Position numbers and translations under genes: made by a program. Positions 38,922 to 50,484 of a stretch of DNA of 64,000 nucleotides are shown in pieces. The notes beneath the pieces are model-generated. The model saw nothing but the letters and a program-made list of their open reading frames with translations, ran no database searches and was not told where the DNA came from. The stretch's first letter is position 1, and every line of letters starts with the position of its first letter. The stretch comes from an uncultured Collinsella sp. (GTDB lineage Bacteria; Actinomycetota; Coriobacteriia; Coriobacteriales; Coriobacteriaceae): contig UQEO01000001.1 of the NCBI GenBank assembly GCA_900540095.1, forward strand, positions 3,308 to 67,307, in the 5' to 3' direction.

Positions 38922-39779
38922 TTACTCCTCGGCGTCCTCGCCATCGTCCTCATCCTCAAGATGATCGAGCAGATAGCGAAGACCCTCGCCGACCTCGTTA
39001 ACGGGCACCTTGGCAACGTAGCGAGCGTCGACGGCGGGCCTCATGATAACGCCCTCGCCCGAAGGCACGCGCATGCTCTCGAGCTCATCCTCATCAGTGC
39101 GGGCGATATCGCCGGCATTCATACGCTGACCAGTCAACAGGAAAGTCAGACGGCAAGCGGCATCGATGGAAATCGAGGCGATGCGATCGAGGTAGCGCGA
39201 AACCATGATGGCGCGGCGCAGGTCGTCATAGTTGCTGTCGTGGTCCATAAAGTCGCCCGTATCCATACGGTTAAAGGTGCGGAAGAACTTCTCGTAAGCG
39301 GCGTGCACCGGCTCGTCCTCGACGGCCAGGTTGCAGATGATGGACATGTCGTTGGTGACGAGCGCAGAAAGCGAAGAGCCCAGCACCTGGTAGACGGCCT
39401 CAGCCTCGGCCTCGACCGTGCCGACAAGCTCCTTGGGCAGCGAGATATCGGCCTTGACCATGTGACGCGTAGCGCGGCAGATCTGGCGAACCTTATCGGT
39501 CATGCGCTGCAGGTTAAAGTCGACGTAGATAATCGTCTGCAGCAAGCGGAAGTCGGAGGCGACCGGCGACTGCGTGGCGATCAGGTTGTAGCAGACGGCC
39601 TCCAGGTTGGCGCAGCGCGCGTCAATCGAAAGCGTGCGCTTCTTGGTCTTGGTGGCGAGCTTGCGGTCGTCGGTCACATAGGCCTTCACGGCATCGTGGA
39701 GGGCCAGATCGACGGCCTCATAGATGCTCAGCATCTCGTGACGGGCCTCGACGAGCTGACGGGAAAACAGTTTGCGCAT
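38922..39779 (-). CDS. phoU: Phosphate signalling protein PhoU
   Basis: Q.PVA.D.R and R..D helical repeats; follows pstB; extra acidic C-terminal extension. Confidence 0.88.
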   Translation of the reverse strand: MRKLFSRQLVEARHEMLSIYEAVDLALHDAVKAYVTDDRKLATKTKKRTLSIDARCANLEAVCYNLIATQSPVASDFRLLQTIIYVDFNLQRMTDKVRQICRATRHMVKADISLPKELVGTVEAEAEAVYQVLGSSLSALVTNDMSIICNLAVEDEPVHAAYEKFFRTFNRMDTGDFMDHDSNYDDLRRAIMVSRYLDRIASISIDAACRLTFLLTGQRMNAGDIARTDEDELESMRVPSGEGVIMRPAVDARYVAKVPVNEVGEGLRYLLDHLEDEDDGEDAEE

Positions 39780-39871
39780 GGTTCACTCCAATCAGTTGGG
39801 TGCGGTCATGCCGCCCGCACAGTGAATACACACCGGACCAGGTCCGATCAGCTTGGGACTAGTCGCACCGA

Positions 39872-40675
<804 letters not shown>

Positions 40676-40687
40676 GGGACTCCTTAA

Positions 40688-41593
40688 CTAGCGACGCTTG
40701 CGCGACAGGAAGCGCGCAAACAGGTTGAAGGCCAGAATGATCACCATCAGCAAGAGCGCGGTGCCGTAGGCTGCGTTCATGTTGATGCCGTCGTTGGCAA
40801 GCAGGTACAGATGGACCGTCATGGGGCGGCCGGAATCGAGCGGCGAGATAGGTAGATTGATGGCCTGGCCCATGGTGTAGAGCACCACCGCGGTCTCGCC
40901 GATGGCACGGCCGATGGCGAGGACGATGCCCGTGGCAATACGGCCAAAGGCAGAAGGAAGCACGATCTTGGAGACAACCTGCCACTTGGTGGCGCCCAGG
41001 CCGTACGCGCCCCAACGGATATAGCGCGGAACGGCGCGAATGGCCTCTTCGGTGGTGCGCATGACGATGGGGAGCATCAAGAGCGCGAGTGCCAGAGCGG
41101 CAGAGACCATCGAAAGGCCCAGGCCCATAGCCTCGACAAACAAGGCGTAGCCAAACAGGCCCATAACGATGGAGGGCACCGAGGCCAAAGCGTCAGCAGC
41201 GTAGCGAATGAGCTCGACGACCTTGCCCTGCTTGGCGTACTCGGCCAGATAGACGGCTGCCAGCACAGCGATCGGCGTGCAGATAAGCATGGCGAGCGCC
41301 GTCACGTAGACGGTCGAGACGATCGTGGGCCAAATTCCGCCCTCGGCGTTGACGCCCTGGGGCCAACCGAAGATAAAGTCGAGCGAGATGTGTGGCAGGC
41401 CGTTGATGACCACGTAGGCGATGATAGCGACCAGCACCAGCGTGGTGATGTAGGCAGCGGTACGAAACACGCCAAGCATGATCTTGTTGGACAGGTCCTT
41501 GTTGATGCGGCCCTTCTTGCCGTGGGAAAGGGCACGCTTGATGCGCTCGCGCGACGAGGTCGTATCGACCGTCGTGTCAACGGAATCGGACAT
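40688..41593 (-). CDS. pstA: Phosphate ABC transporter permease
   Basis: YLAEY, VPSIV.GLFG, LGATKW and RAIGETA motifs. Confidence 0.95.
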   Translation of the reverse strand: MSDSVDTTVDTTSSRERIKRALSHGKKGRINKDLSNKIMLGVFRTAAYITTLVLVAIIAYVVINGLPHISLDFIFGWPQGVNAEGGIWPTIVSTVYVTALAMLICTPIAVLAAVYLAEYAKQGKVVELIRYAADALASVPSIVMGLFGYALFVEAMGLGLSMVSAALALALLMLPIVMRTTEEAIRAVPRYIRWGAYGLGATKWQVVSKIVLPSAFGRIATGIVLAIGRAIGETAVVLYTMGQAINLPISPLDSGRPMTVHLYLLANDGINMNAAYGTALLLMVIILAFNLFARFLSRKRR

Positions 41594-41596
41594 AGC

Positions 41597-42532
41597 CTAC
41601 CCCCTCTTCTTCTTGGAAATCAGACGGACGATGCCCACCAGCGTGGCGGAGATGATAAACAGGACCACACCCATGCCGAACAGCGCCGAGCGATGCAGAC
41701 CCGAGGAATAGCTCATGTCGAGCGCAATCTGGCTCGTGAGCGTCGAGATGGGGCTCGCAATGCTGTCGGGAATAACCGGGGCGTTACCTACGACCATGAG
41801 CACGGCCATGGTCTCGCCGATGGCACGGCCCATACCCAGCACGATGGCATCAACGATACCCAGCTTCGCGGCAGGTAGCACGACCTTATAGATGGTCTGC
41901 CACTTGGTGGCGCCCATGGCATACGATGCCTCGCGAATGCCCATGGGAATGGAATTGAGAGCATCGATGGTGAGCGTGGTGATGGTAGGGACGATCATGA
42001 TGGCGAGCACAAACCACGCCGTCAGCGCACCAAAACCAAGGCCGCCGGTCAGTTGTGCGATAAACGGGCGGATGATGATCATGCCAAAGAAGCCGTAGAT
42101 GATGGAGGGTATGCCCGCCAGCAGGTCAACGGCGGGGCTGATGAGCTTGCGCACGCGCTTGCTGGCAATCTCGACCAGGTAAACGGCCGTACCCACGCCC
42201 AGCGGCACGCCCATGGCGAGCGCACCGACGGTCACCAGACCCGAGCCGGCAAGCAGCGACAAGATGCCGTAGTGGCCCTCGGAAGGCGCCCACGTAAAGC
42301 TAAAGAAGTCCGCCAGACCGATGTCAGTAAAGACGGGCAGCGCCGAGTACGTGGTAAAGACAAAAATCAGGATGACGGTAACGACCGCCAAGAACGCGCA
42401 GGCAAAGAAGATCCACTGCAGCGCCTTCTCCTTGATATAGGTACTGCGCGATACGAGCGCCAGCTCGCGCTTCTTGGGCGTCTGAACATTCTGCTCAGTC
42501 TGGGAGTTTTCCTGTGCTTCCATGCTACTCAC
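41597..42532 (-). CDS. pstC: Phosphate ABC transporter permease
   Basis: W.P....YG, LAGIPSI.YG and GRAIGETMAV.MV.GN motifs. Confidence 0.95.
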   Translation of the reverse strand: MSSMEAQENSQTEQNVQTPKKRELALVSRSTYIKEKALQWIFFACAFLAVVTVILIFVFTTYSALPVFTDIGLADFFSFTWAPSEGHYGILSLLAGSGLVTVGALAMGVPLGVGTAVYLVEIASKRVRKLISPAVDLLAGIPSIIYGFFGMIIIRPFIAQLTGGLGFGALTAWFVLAIMIVPTITTLTIDALNSIPMGIREASYAMGATKWQTIYKVVLPAAKLGIVDAIVLGMGRAIGETMAVLMVVGNAPVIPDSIASPISTLTSQIALDMSYSSGLHRSALFGMGVVLFIISATLVGIVRLISKKKRG

Positions 42533-43361
42533 TCCCCTTCTCGTCGTTGGTGACGGGAATAAAGCCCGCCTCGCGAATCTGCTTGTCCATCTTTTCGGAC
42601 GTCACATAGTCGATGTAATCCTGCGCCTGCTGCGAAGGCGCACCCTTCACAAAGAAGTAAAGGTCGCGCGAGATGGGATAGCCGCCACTCGCGACCGTCT
42701 TCTCGGACGCCTCAACATGATTGACCGAGACGGCCTTGACCGAGGTATTGGCGTTGAGGCTATCGACGAAGCCCAGTGAAATGTAGCCGATGGCCCCACG
42801 CGAACGAGATACCACGTCGCGCACCTGGCCCGTACCCGAAAGAACAGCCGAGCGGCGATCGAACGGCGTGCCATCCATCACGATGGTACGGAAGGCCTCG
42901 CGCGTACCGGACGCCTCGTCTCGGTTGATGACCTGAATCCTCAGGTCCTCGCCACCGACCTCTTTCCAATTGGTAATCTTGCCGGCGTAGATATCGCGGA
43001 GCTGCTCGGTCGAGAGGTTATCGACGGGGTTGTCGTCGTTCACGATGACCGCGATACCGTCGTGGGCAATGACGATGGGGGTCAGGCCCAGATCCTGTTC
43101 GTCGGCATTGAGCCCACGGGAGGAGCTGGCGATATCGGCCGTTCCGGCGCTGACGGCCTCGATGCCAGCGGAAGAACCCAAACCGGAAACGAGCACGTCG
43201 ATGCCGGTCTCCTCCTTAAAGCCCTCGGCCGCAATCTCGGCGATAGGAAGGCAGGTCGTGGAGCCAGCGACGGTAATGGAAGAGGTAGAAGATCCCGAAG
43301 AACAGGCACACAGCGTAAGTGTAAGCACAGCGGCGCTCAGGACCGATACGATCTTTCTCAT
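42525..43361 (-). CDS. pstS: Phosphate ABC transporter substrate-binding lipoprotein
   Basis: Lipoprotein signal (LCAC), AGSTT, GSSAG, SSR, R...SGTR and YP..R.L motifs. Confidence 0.93.
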   Translation of the reverse strand: MRKIVSVLSAAVLTLTLCACSSGSSTSSITVAGSTTCLPIAEIAAEGFKEETGIDVLVSGLGSSAGIEAVSAGTADIASSSRGLNADEQDLGLTPIVIAHDGIAVIVNDDNPVDNLSTEQLRDIYAGKITNWKEVGGEDLRIQVINRDEASGTREAFRTIVMDGTPFDRRSAVLSGTGQVRDVVSRSRGAIGYISLGFVDSLNANTSVKAVSVNHVEASEKTVASGGYPISRDLYFFVKGAPSQQAQDYIDYVTSEKMDKQIREAGFIPVTNDEKGSE

Positions 43362-44158
43362 AGCATCACGCCGATCGCAGCATGGCGCCCACAGGTGCCG
43401 TCCTCGTTACGGTAGGAATAAAAGCGGTCGTTCTGACGCACGGTCGAAAGCTGGGTATCCACGATATCATCCGCGTCGACACCGACATCTACCAGCGCCT
43501 CGCGAATGGCAGCGGAAAGATCGAGCATGCGAGAGGTACTCGCATCGATGCAAGAGAACTCGGCGGCAAAGCGATCCATGAGTTCCTGGGATACCTCATA
43601 TTCGTCACCCAAGATATGGGGGCCGATATAGGCGGAAACGTCGCCCGCATCGCAGCCGGCAGCATCGCAAAGCGCCTGGCACGCCTTGGCAGAAATACGT
43701 GCAATCGTGCCCTTCCAACCGGAGTGCACCACGGCAAATCCGCCAGGGGCCACCAGCACCACGGGAACGCAGTCGGCAAAGCAGAGCAGCACGGGCACGT
43801 TATGCGCCGTACAGACGATGGCATCGCAGCCCGCGGCAATCTGCTCGCGAACGTCCTCAAGGTCATCGGCGCCGTTCGAGGTCACCGCAACGATATGATC
43901 ACCATGGACCTGATTGGGAACGAGCAGGTTGTTCTCGCACTCGGCGGCACCCATAGCCTCGAGCGCACGACGACGATTTTCTTGAACAGCAAAGGGGTCA
44001 TCGCCAACATGCGAGCCCAAGTTGAGTGAGGAGTACGCATCTTCGGAAACACCACCGGCGCGCTCGGTGAAGGCAAAGCGAACATCGGATGTCGCGCCTT
44101 CCACCAACGTAACTCCATCATGGTCGACACGCGAAACGTTGTCCGCACGTGCTGCCAT
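43358..44158 (-). CDS. pgeF: Peptidoglycan editing factor / purine nucleoside phosphorylase PgeF (YfiH/YlmD)
   Basis: T.R.GGVS, SLNLG, QVHG, ADC.P, H.GW.G and F.SYR motifs. Confidence 0.93.
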   Translation of the reverse strand: MAARADNVSRVDHDGVTLVEGATSDVRFAFTERAGGVSEDAYSSLNLGSHVGDDPFAVQENRRRALEAMGAAECENNLLVPNQVHGDHIVAVTSNGADDLEDVREQIAAGCDAIVCTAHNVPVLLCFADCVPVVLVAPGGFAVVHSGWKGTIARISAKACQALCDAAGCDAGDVSAYIGPHILGDEYEVSQELMDRFAAEFSCIDASTSRMLDLSAAIREALVDVGVDADDIVDTQLSTVRQNDRFYSYRNEDGTCGRHAAIGVML

Positions 44159-44313
44159 ACTAAAGCCTCCTAATAACACAAGTACCGCGGCATCGCCGCT
44201 ACAGCCCGCGTTTATACGGCTGTCATACTTCTCTAAAAGGATACCTGCTGCGCTGGAGGCAATCGTAAAGGGAACGTAAAGAGATTGGAGGTTCTAGTTT
44301 ACAAAGTCGAAAT

Positions 44314-44342
44314 AAAAAGGGCGCGTCCATACGGACACGCCC
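44314..44342 (-). terminator. Intrinsic terminator after ftsZ
   Basis: GGGCG.GTCC/GGAC.CGCCC stem with minus-strand T-run. Confidence 0.75.
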
Positions 44343-44368
44343 CTGTGCACAACAATGCAAAGAATGAC

Positions 44369-45523
44369 TTAGAAGCTGCCGCGCTTCAGGAAGTCGGGAA
44401 GCTCGAACTGATCGTTGCCGAAGTTAGGAAGCTCGGTGCCACCGACGTTGCGGGTCGGAGCGGCCTGAGCCGGACTGGTGGCCGGAGCGGTGCGCTGCGG
44501 CTCAGCGGAGGCATCTGCCTTGCTCTGAGACTGCTGAGCAGCAAAGAGCTCGTCCTGACGGTTGACGTTGGAGTCGGAGAAGCCCGTAGCGATGACGGTG
44601 ATACGCACCTGATCGCCCAGGGACTCGTCGACAACGGTACCGAAGATGATGTTGGCCTCGGGGTCGACGGCGTTGGCGACAACGTCGGCGGCGTCGCTGA
44701 TCTCCTGGATGCCCAGGTCCTTGGAACCGGCGATGGAGAGCAGCACGCGTGTGGCACCATCGATGGAGCTCTCGAGCAGCGGGCTGGAGATGGCCTGCTG
44801 GGCAGCATCGACGGCACGGGTGTCCCCAGAAGAGGTACCGATACCCATCATGGCGGTACCGGCCTGCTTCATGATGGTCTTAACATCGGCGAAGTCCAGG
44901 TTGATGATACCGGGGACGGTGATGAGGTCGGTGATGCCCTGGGTGCCCTGGGAAAGGACGCCATCGGCAATCGCGAAGGCCTCGAGCATGGTGGTCTTCT
45001 TCTCGGCGATGTCGAGCAGCTTATCGTTGGGGATGACGATCATGGTGTCGACGCAATCGGAGAGGGTCTTAATGCCCTCCTCGGCGCTCTTCTTGCGCTT
45101 ACGGCCCTCGAAGGTGAAGGGCTTGGTCACGACGGCGACAGTCAGCGCACCGACCTCGTTCATCGCGATATCGGCAACGATGGGAGCGGCGCCGGTACCG
45201 GTGCCACCGCCCTCGCCGCAGGTGATGAACACCATGTCGGCGCCAGCGAGCGCCTCGGCAATGTCGTCGCGGGACTCATCGGCAGCCTTGCGGCCAACCT
45301 CGGGGTTGGCGCCGGCGCCCAGGCCGCGGGTAAGGTCGGTGCCGATGTGCACCTTGATATCGGCATCAGAGATCGCGAGTGCCTGAGCATCGGTGTTGAT
45401 GGCAACAAACTCGACGCCGCGGATGCCCTCTTCGATCATTCGATTGACCGCGTTGGTACCGCCGCCGCCGACGCCGACCACCTTAATGACGGCAAGGTAG
45501 TTGTTGATCTCTGTCTCGTGCAT
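44369..45523 (-). CDS. ftsZ: Cell division protein FtsZ
   Basis: [16 protein letters not shown] tubulin motif, IN.DFAD and C-terminal LPDFL. Confidence 0.98.
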   Translation of the reverse strand: MHETEINNYLAVIKVVGVGGGGTNAVNRMIEEGIRGVEFVAINTDAQALAISDADIKVHIGTDLTRGLGAGANPEVGRKAADESRDDIAEALAGADMVFITCGEGGGTGTGAAPIVADIAMNEVGALTVAVVTKPFTFEGRKRKKSAEEGIKTLSDCVDTMIVIPNDKLLDIAEKKTTMLEAFAIADGVLSQGTQGITDLITVPGIINLDFADVKTIMKQAGTAMMGIGTSSGDTRAVDAAQQAISSPLLESSIDGATRVLLSIAGSKDLGIQEISDAADVVANAVDPEANIIFGTVVDESLGDQVRITVIATGFSDSNVNRQDELFAAQQSQSKADASAEPQRTAPATSPAQAAPTRNVGGTELPNFGNDQFELPDFLKRGSF

Positions 45524-45722
45524 GTCGGTCCTCCGAACAAAGGTTATAGCCATAGCATGGGTCGACCCCTGCGCACATTAACCTTCAGGTTGAAAGTAAA
45601 TGCAAAGGTAAACCGTATTATGTTTGCACATTATGAACGTATCAGTCAAATAATTGACCGTGAAAACCAAACAAACCAGATAAACGGCGTGGTATGGCCC
45701 CTCAACAAAGCATCAACCAGCG

Positions 45723-46979
45723 CTACGAGGTCGGAGCGTTCCTAAATGTATAGTTACCCGGAGAGCGCACATTGATATACGTTACGCCCTCTACCTGCGA
45801 AAGCAGCTTGGTGACTACGCGCTCCTTCTTGACGATATCGTTCGAATCGCCCAGCGACACCTCAATGCCGTTATTGAGGTTTGCCGAGATGGCTTCGACC
45901 GAAGGCGTGGAAATATCCTTGACTTGTCCCAAGAACTCGCTCGAAAAACCACGCACATAATCCAAGCCAGCCTTAACGGCCTTGGAGCTCACCGCCTGGC
46001 CGGAAACCGGAGCGACATCCGCGGAGACATCAGTCAACAACACCGCGCCATAGTGCTTAGCGAGCGCCAGCGCGGCATCAATGCCGGTCAGGGTATTTGA
46101 GCCCTGCCCCGTCGTGATGACGTTGCCCTGATCGTCCACTTCGACCGACGTCGACAGCGGGGCGATCCAGGTGTCATCATCCCCGATGGCCCAAGCAAGG
46201 TCATCGGAGCTGATATAGGCAATTGCAATGACCTTGCGCTCCATAGGCGTAATGATGAGCGTATGCGGGAACTGACGCTGGACATCTACGCCCGAGACCC
46301 ACGGGTTCTGCTTGAGGTCCTCGGTAATCTGGTCGGGATCGACGTTAAAAAGCGACGTTCCCTCGGGCAAATCGATCAGCTGGATAGCATCGTGCTTCGT
46401 CACATGCTCGCTGCCTTGAATCTGAATATCAGTGGCGGTAAACAATCCAGAGTTGATCACCACGACGGCAACGACGACGAGCACGGCCAAGGCGGCCAGA
46501 ACTCCGCCCACGATTTTGCCTTTGCCTGCAACGACAGAAGCGGCGTCTGATGTTTTATTTGCCATCGCCCCAAGTGAAGACAACGGGTTTACGCCTTTTT
46601 TACTCAAAGGCTTCTTGGCGGTAGCCGGCACCGATGTCAGCGAGCGCGGTTTCGATGCGCCCAGTGTGCGACCTGGACGCGCCGCTTTAGTTCCCGTCGA
46701 GGGCTTAGGAGTTGCCATGGGGCGGGCAGGCTTGGCGCCCATAACAGGCTTTGAAGTCACCGAGGGACGCGAGGACTTTTTTGCAGCCGGACGATTACCG
46801 AGCTGCGAGCCGACGACCGGACGACTGGTCTGTCGAGCATGCCCGACAGGCTTAGAGTGCGCGACGGTATTGCGTTGAGGTTTGGCAGGCGCGCCGGAAC
46901 GCCCTCCGGCGCGGCGGAAGGTGGGTTTCGATGCTCTAGAAGCCGAGGAATTTAACTTCCGGTCTGAGCTCGATGCCAT
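45723..46979 (-). CDS. ftsQ: Cell division protein FtsQ/DivIB
   Basis: Long basic N-terminus, one TM, POTRA-like domain (PWV...V.R.FP); between murB and ftsZ; overlaps the murB 3' end. Confidence 0.88.
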   Translation of the reverse strand: MASSSDRKLNSSASRASKPTFRRAGGRSGAPAKPQRNTVAHSKPVGHARQTSRPVVGSQLGNRPAAKKSSRPSVTSKPVMGAKPARPMATPKPSTGTKAARPGRTLGASKPRSLTSVPATAKKPLSKKGVNPLSSLGAMANKTSDAASVVAGKGKIVGGVLAALAVLVVVAVVVINSGLFTATDIQIQGSEHVTKHDAIQLIDLPEGTSLFNVDPDQITEDLKQNPWVSGVDVQRQFPHTLIITPMERKVIAIAYISSDDLAWAIGDDDTWIAPLSTSVEVDDQGNVITTGQGSNTLTGIDAALALAKHYGAVLLTDVSADVAPVSGQAVSSKAVKAGLDYVRGFSSEFLGQVKDISTPSVEAISANLNNGIEVSLGDSNDIVKKERVVTKLLSQVEGVTYINVRSPGNYTFRNAPTS

Positions 46980-47847
46980 ACGCCTCCCTCACCTTTCCGT
47001 GCACATGTCTGATAACCGCGGCAACGTCATCGGCCGAGGCAGTTCCGTTATTAACGATAAAATTAGCGTGAACGGGCGAAACTTCCGCGCCGCCAATCGA
47101 AAAACCCTTTAATCCACAATCCTCGATAATCTTGCCCACACTCGCATCGGGCGGGTTACGAAAGACCGACCCGCAGGATGCGCGACCCATGGGCTGCGTA
47201 CGCTTGCGCCTCGTCAGGTACCGTTCCATGCGCTCGCGAATGTCGGCCTTGGGCGCCGGTTTAAGCTTGAGCACGCACTCGAGGATGATCTCATTGCGGG
47301 GAAGGCTACATTCGCGGTAGCCCCAAGTGATCTCGGACCCCGCATAATGCTTGATACCGGATGCCGGGTCAAACGTTACGACATCCTCAACCAGCGAGCC
47401 AATCCACTCGGTCCGTGTGCCGGCATTCATAGATATCGCACCGCCAACCGAGCCAGGGATGCCAACGGCAAACTCAAGGCCCGAGAGGCTACGCGACAGG
47501 GCATCGTTGACCAGGCGCGCAAACATCACGCCCGCACCGACCGTCAGCGTACAACCGTCATCGGCAACAACCGTGCGCTGAAACTCACGTCCGAGCGAAA
47601 TGACGGCGCCGCGATAACCGCCATCGGCAACCAGCAGATTGGAGCCCTTGCCGATGATGACCCACGGCACCTGCTCGCGATCGAGCACCGCCACGGCGCG
47701 GCGGAGGGCATGATAACTATGGCACGTCACAAAGAGGTCGGCCTTGCCGCCGATACGATAGCTCGTATGACGCGCAAGGCGCTCGTCCTCGATCACATCC
47801 GTGTCGATCATGCCCGAGAGCGCCATGACGGCGTTAAACAGACCCAT
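46936..47847 (-). CDS. murB: UDP-N-acetylenolpyruvoylglucosamine reductase
   Basis: IGG.A, GSNLL, GIPG.VGGA..MNAG, GSVF.NP and HANF motifs. Confidence 0.96.
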   Translation of the reverse strand: MGLFNAVMALSGMIDTDVIEDERLARHTSYRIGGKADLFVTCHSYHALRRAVAVLDREQVPWVIIGKGSNLLVADGGYRGAVISLGREFQRTVVADDGCTLTVGAGVMFARLVNDALSRSLSGLEFAVGIPGSVGGAISMNAGTRTEWIGSLVEDVVTFDPASGIKHYAGSEITWGYRECSLPRNEIILECVLKLKPAPKADIRERMERYLTRRKRTQPMGRASCGSVFRNPPDASVGKIIEDCGLKGFSIGGAEVSPVHANFIVNNGTASADDVAAVIRHVHGKVREAYGIELRPEVKFLGF

Positions 47848-47852
47848 TAGAC

Positions 47853-49271
47853 TTAAGCGTCTTTCTTGGCAGTCAGATACTCGATGAACTCGGGACCGAC
47901 GGTCGTAACGTCACCGGCACCCATAGTGAGCAGCAGGTCGCCCTCGCCCACCATTTGCTCGAGCTCCTGATTGAGCTCAAGACGGCTGGAGCAATACACG
48001 ACCTCCTTGCCAGGATGCTTGGCGCGCACGGTATCGGCGAGCATCTTAGAGGTGACACCCGGAATGGGCATCTCGCCAGCCGAGAACACATCAATCAACA
48101 GCAGTTTATCGGCATTGGCAAATGCATCGGCAAAGTCGTCGCACAGGGCCTGCAGGCGCGAATAGCGGTGCGGCTGGAACACGACGTCGACGTGCTTGTA
48201 GCCCAGCGACGAAGCAGCAGCAAGCGTCGCCTTGATCTCGGTGGGGTGATGGCCGTAATCATCGACCACGGTGATGCCATCGATATCGCCCACGTGGGTA
48301 AAGCGACGGCGGACGCCCTCAAAGCTCGAGAGCGCCTTGGCGGCGGCGTCGATGTCAAGGCCCAGGACATGGGCGACGGTGAGCACCGCCGTGGCGTTGA
48401 GCATGTTGTGGCGACCGGGATTGCTCTTGATCTCCACAGCGTGCTCAGTGCCGTCCTCAAAGCGAACGATAAAGTCGCTCTGGATGCCCTTGACATCCGG
48501 GTGCATGCAGACGATGTCGTTGCTCTCGGCAAAGCCGTAGGAAAGCACGTGACGGCCCGTCGACTTGGCGAGCTCGACCAGATGCGGGTCCTCACCGCAG
48601 ACGATGACGGTGCCGCCCTCGCCCACCAGGCTCATGAATTTGGCGAAAGTTGCCTCGATCTCCTCGATACCCGAGTAGTGATCGAGGTGGTCGGCCTCGA
48701 CGTTGGTCACAATGACCACGTTGGGGTTCAGGAACAGGAAGGAGCTGTCGGACTCGTCGGCCTCGGCGACAAAGTAGTCGCCCGAGCCGTTCTTGCCGTT
48801 CGTGTCATAGCCCTCGACGATGCCGCCGATCAAGAAGCTCGGATCCAGGCCCATGCGGTCGAGCATGGTGGCGCACATCGAAGACGTGGTGGTCTTGCCA
48901 TGCGTGCCGGCAACAGCGACGGTGGTGTAGCCGTGGCCCAAAGCAGAGAGCATCTTGGCACGGGGCCACACGGGAATACCAAGCTCGCGAGCGCGCACGA
49001 GTTCAGGGTTGGACTCCGGAATAGCGGTGGAGACAACAACCACGTCGGGCTTGACCTCGTCGATCGTGGCGGCCTCATGGCCCACATGCACCTTCACACC
49101 AGCGCGGGTAAGCTGGCGGATATAACGTGACGTCTTAAGGTCGGAGCCGGTAACGGCATAACCACGCTCGTGCAGAACGAGGGCGATGCCGCTCATGCCG
49201 GCGCCGCCGATACCGATAAAGTGGGCGCTCTTAAACTCGGGCGCGGAGGTTGCAGTCTGGGAATCAGCCAT
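47853..49271 (-). CDS. murC: UDP-N-acetylmuramate--L-alanine ligase
   Basis: GIGGAGMS, GTHGKTTT, EADESD, DHLD, DDY.HHP and FQPHR motifs. Confidence 0.97.
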   Translation of the reverse strand: MADSQTATSAPEFKSAHFIGIGGAGMSGIALVLHERGYAVTGSDLKTSRYIRQLTRAGVKVHVGHEAATIDEVKPDVVVVSTAIPESNPELVRARELGIPVWPRAKMLSALGHGYTTVAVAGTHGKTTTSSMCATMLDRMGLDPSFLIGGIVEGYDTNGKNGSGDYFVAEADESDSSFLFLNPNVVIVTNVEADHLDHYSGIEEIEATFAKFMSLVGEGGTVIVCGEDPHLVELAKSTGRHVLSYGFAESNDIVCMHPDVKGIQSDFIVRFEDGTEHAVEIKSNPGRHNMLNATAVLTVAHVLGLDIDAAAKALSSFEGVRRRFTHVGDIDGITVVDDYGHHPTEIKATLAAASSLGYKHVDVVFQPHRYSRLQALCDDFADAFANADKLLLIDVFSAGEMPIPGVTSKMLADTVRAKHPGKEVVYCSSRLELNQELEQMVGEGDLLLTMGAGDVTTVGPEFIEYLTAKKDA

Positions 49272-49368
49272 GTGCTCGTGTACTCCTTGCGTAAACACTG
49301 CCTGTAACCCGTTAACTGTACCGCACCTACCGCATCAGCGCGAGGGCGACCGACGATATCCCGTCTAA

Positions 49369-50484
49369 CTAACGCAAACCCTCTACCGCATCGGCCAGAA
49401 GAGCGGCGGCCCTATCCTGAGCCAGACCACGCGCCGCCTGACGCATGGCGTCGCGCGCCGCCGCGTCATCGACCAGGTGCAGCAGCTCATCGGCAAAGGC
49501 AGAACCGTCGATATCGGCATCGGCGCAGAGCACGCCGGCCCCGGCGTCGACCAGATACCGGGCATTGGTGGTTTGGTGGTCGGCCGTCGCATGCGGATAC
49601 GGCACGAGCACCGAGGGCACGGCGAGCGCCGCGATCTCGGCCACGCTCGATGCGCCCGAACGCGAGAGCACCAAATCGGCAGCAGCCAGCATATCGCCCA
49701 TGTTGTCGATGTAAGGCTGGACGCGGTAACGCTTCGCCTCCTCAGGCGTCAGCGCCAAAGCACGCTCGGTCTCCTCAAAGCCGTCGGCACCCGTCGAATG
49801 CAACACATAGAGGTTCTTGCGCGAAAGCAGCTCGTTTTTGAGCGAAACCACACGCTCGTTGAGGTGCTGGGCGCCAAGTGAACCGCCAAAGACGAGCAGC
49901 AGCATAGCGTCCTCGGGAACGCCAAGTGCCTTACGGCCGCGAGCGCGATCGCCCTCGATCACCGAGCGACGTACGGGGTTGCCGGTCATGAGCACGTGGC
50001 CGGGGTCACCTTCGCGCTCAAAGACCGAGCGCGCTGCCGGCACCGAGATGCACACGCGGGCGGCGTGGGAGTTCATCATCTTGTTGGCCAGGCCCGGAAC
50101 AGAGTTCTGCTCATGCAGCAGATACGGGACGCCTGCGCCCTTGCACCACCCCAGCAGCGGAACCTCGACATAGGCACCGAAACCGATGGCGGCATCGGGC
50201 TTGCCGACCTTTGAGAAATGACTGGCGAGCGCACGCTTGGCCTTGTTGACACGCCACAGCGAAGTCAGCGCCGTCCAAGGACGGGAGCGGTCGAAGCCCG
50301 TGACCGTAATGGGCACAAAATCAAAACCAGCCTCGGGGACCAGACGACCCTCGAGCTTGCGCGACTGGCCCACGAACACAACGTGGTGGCCACGGTCACG
50401 CAGCTCTTCGGCCAAGGCGAGCGCGGGGTTGATGTGTCCTGCCGTGCCGCCGGCTGCAATAGCAACGGTCATCTTATCGGTCAT
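49369..50484 (-). CDS. murG: Lipid II N-acetylglucosamine transferase
   Basis: GGTAGHI.P, HEQN, GNPVR, GGSLGA, RSGA and HQ..NA motifs. Confidence 0.97.
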   Translation of the reverse strand: MTDKMTVAIAAGGTAGHINPALALAEELRDRGHHVVFVGQSRKLEGRLVPEAGFDFVPITVTGFDRSRPWTALTSLWRVNKAKRALASHFSKVGKPDAAIGFGAYVEVPLLGWCKGAGVPYLLHEQNSVPGLANKMMNSHAARVCISVPAARSVFEREGDPGHVLMTGNPVRRSVIEGDRARGRKALGVPEDAMLLLVFGGSLGAQHLNERVVSLKNELLSRKNLYVLHSTGADGFEETERALALTPEEAKRYRVQPYIDNMGDMLAAADLVLSRSGASSVAEIAALAVPSVLVPYPHATADHQTTNARYLVDAGAGVLCADADIDGSAFADELLHLVDDAAARDAMRQAARGLAQDRAAALLADAVEGLR

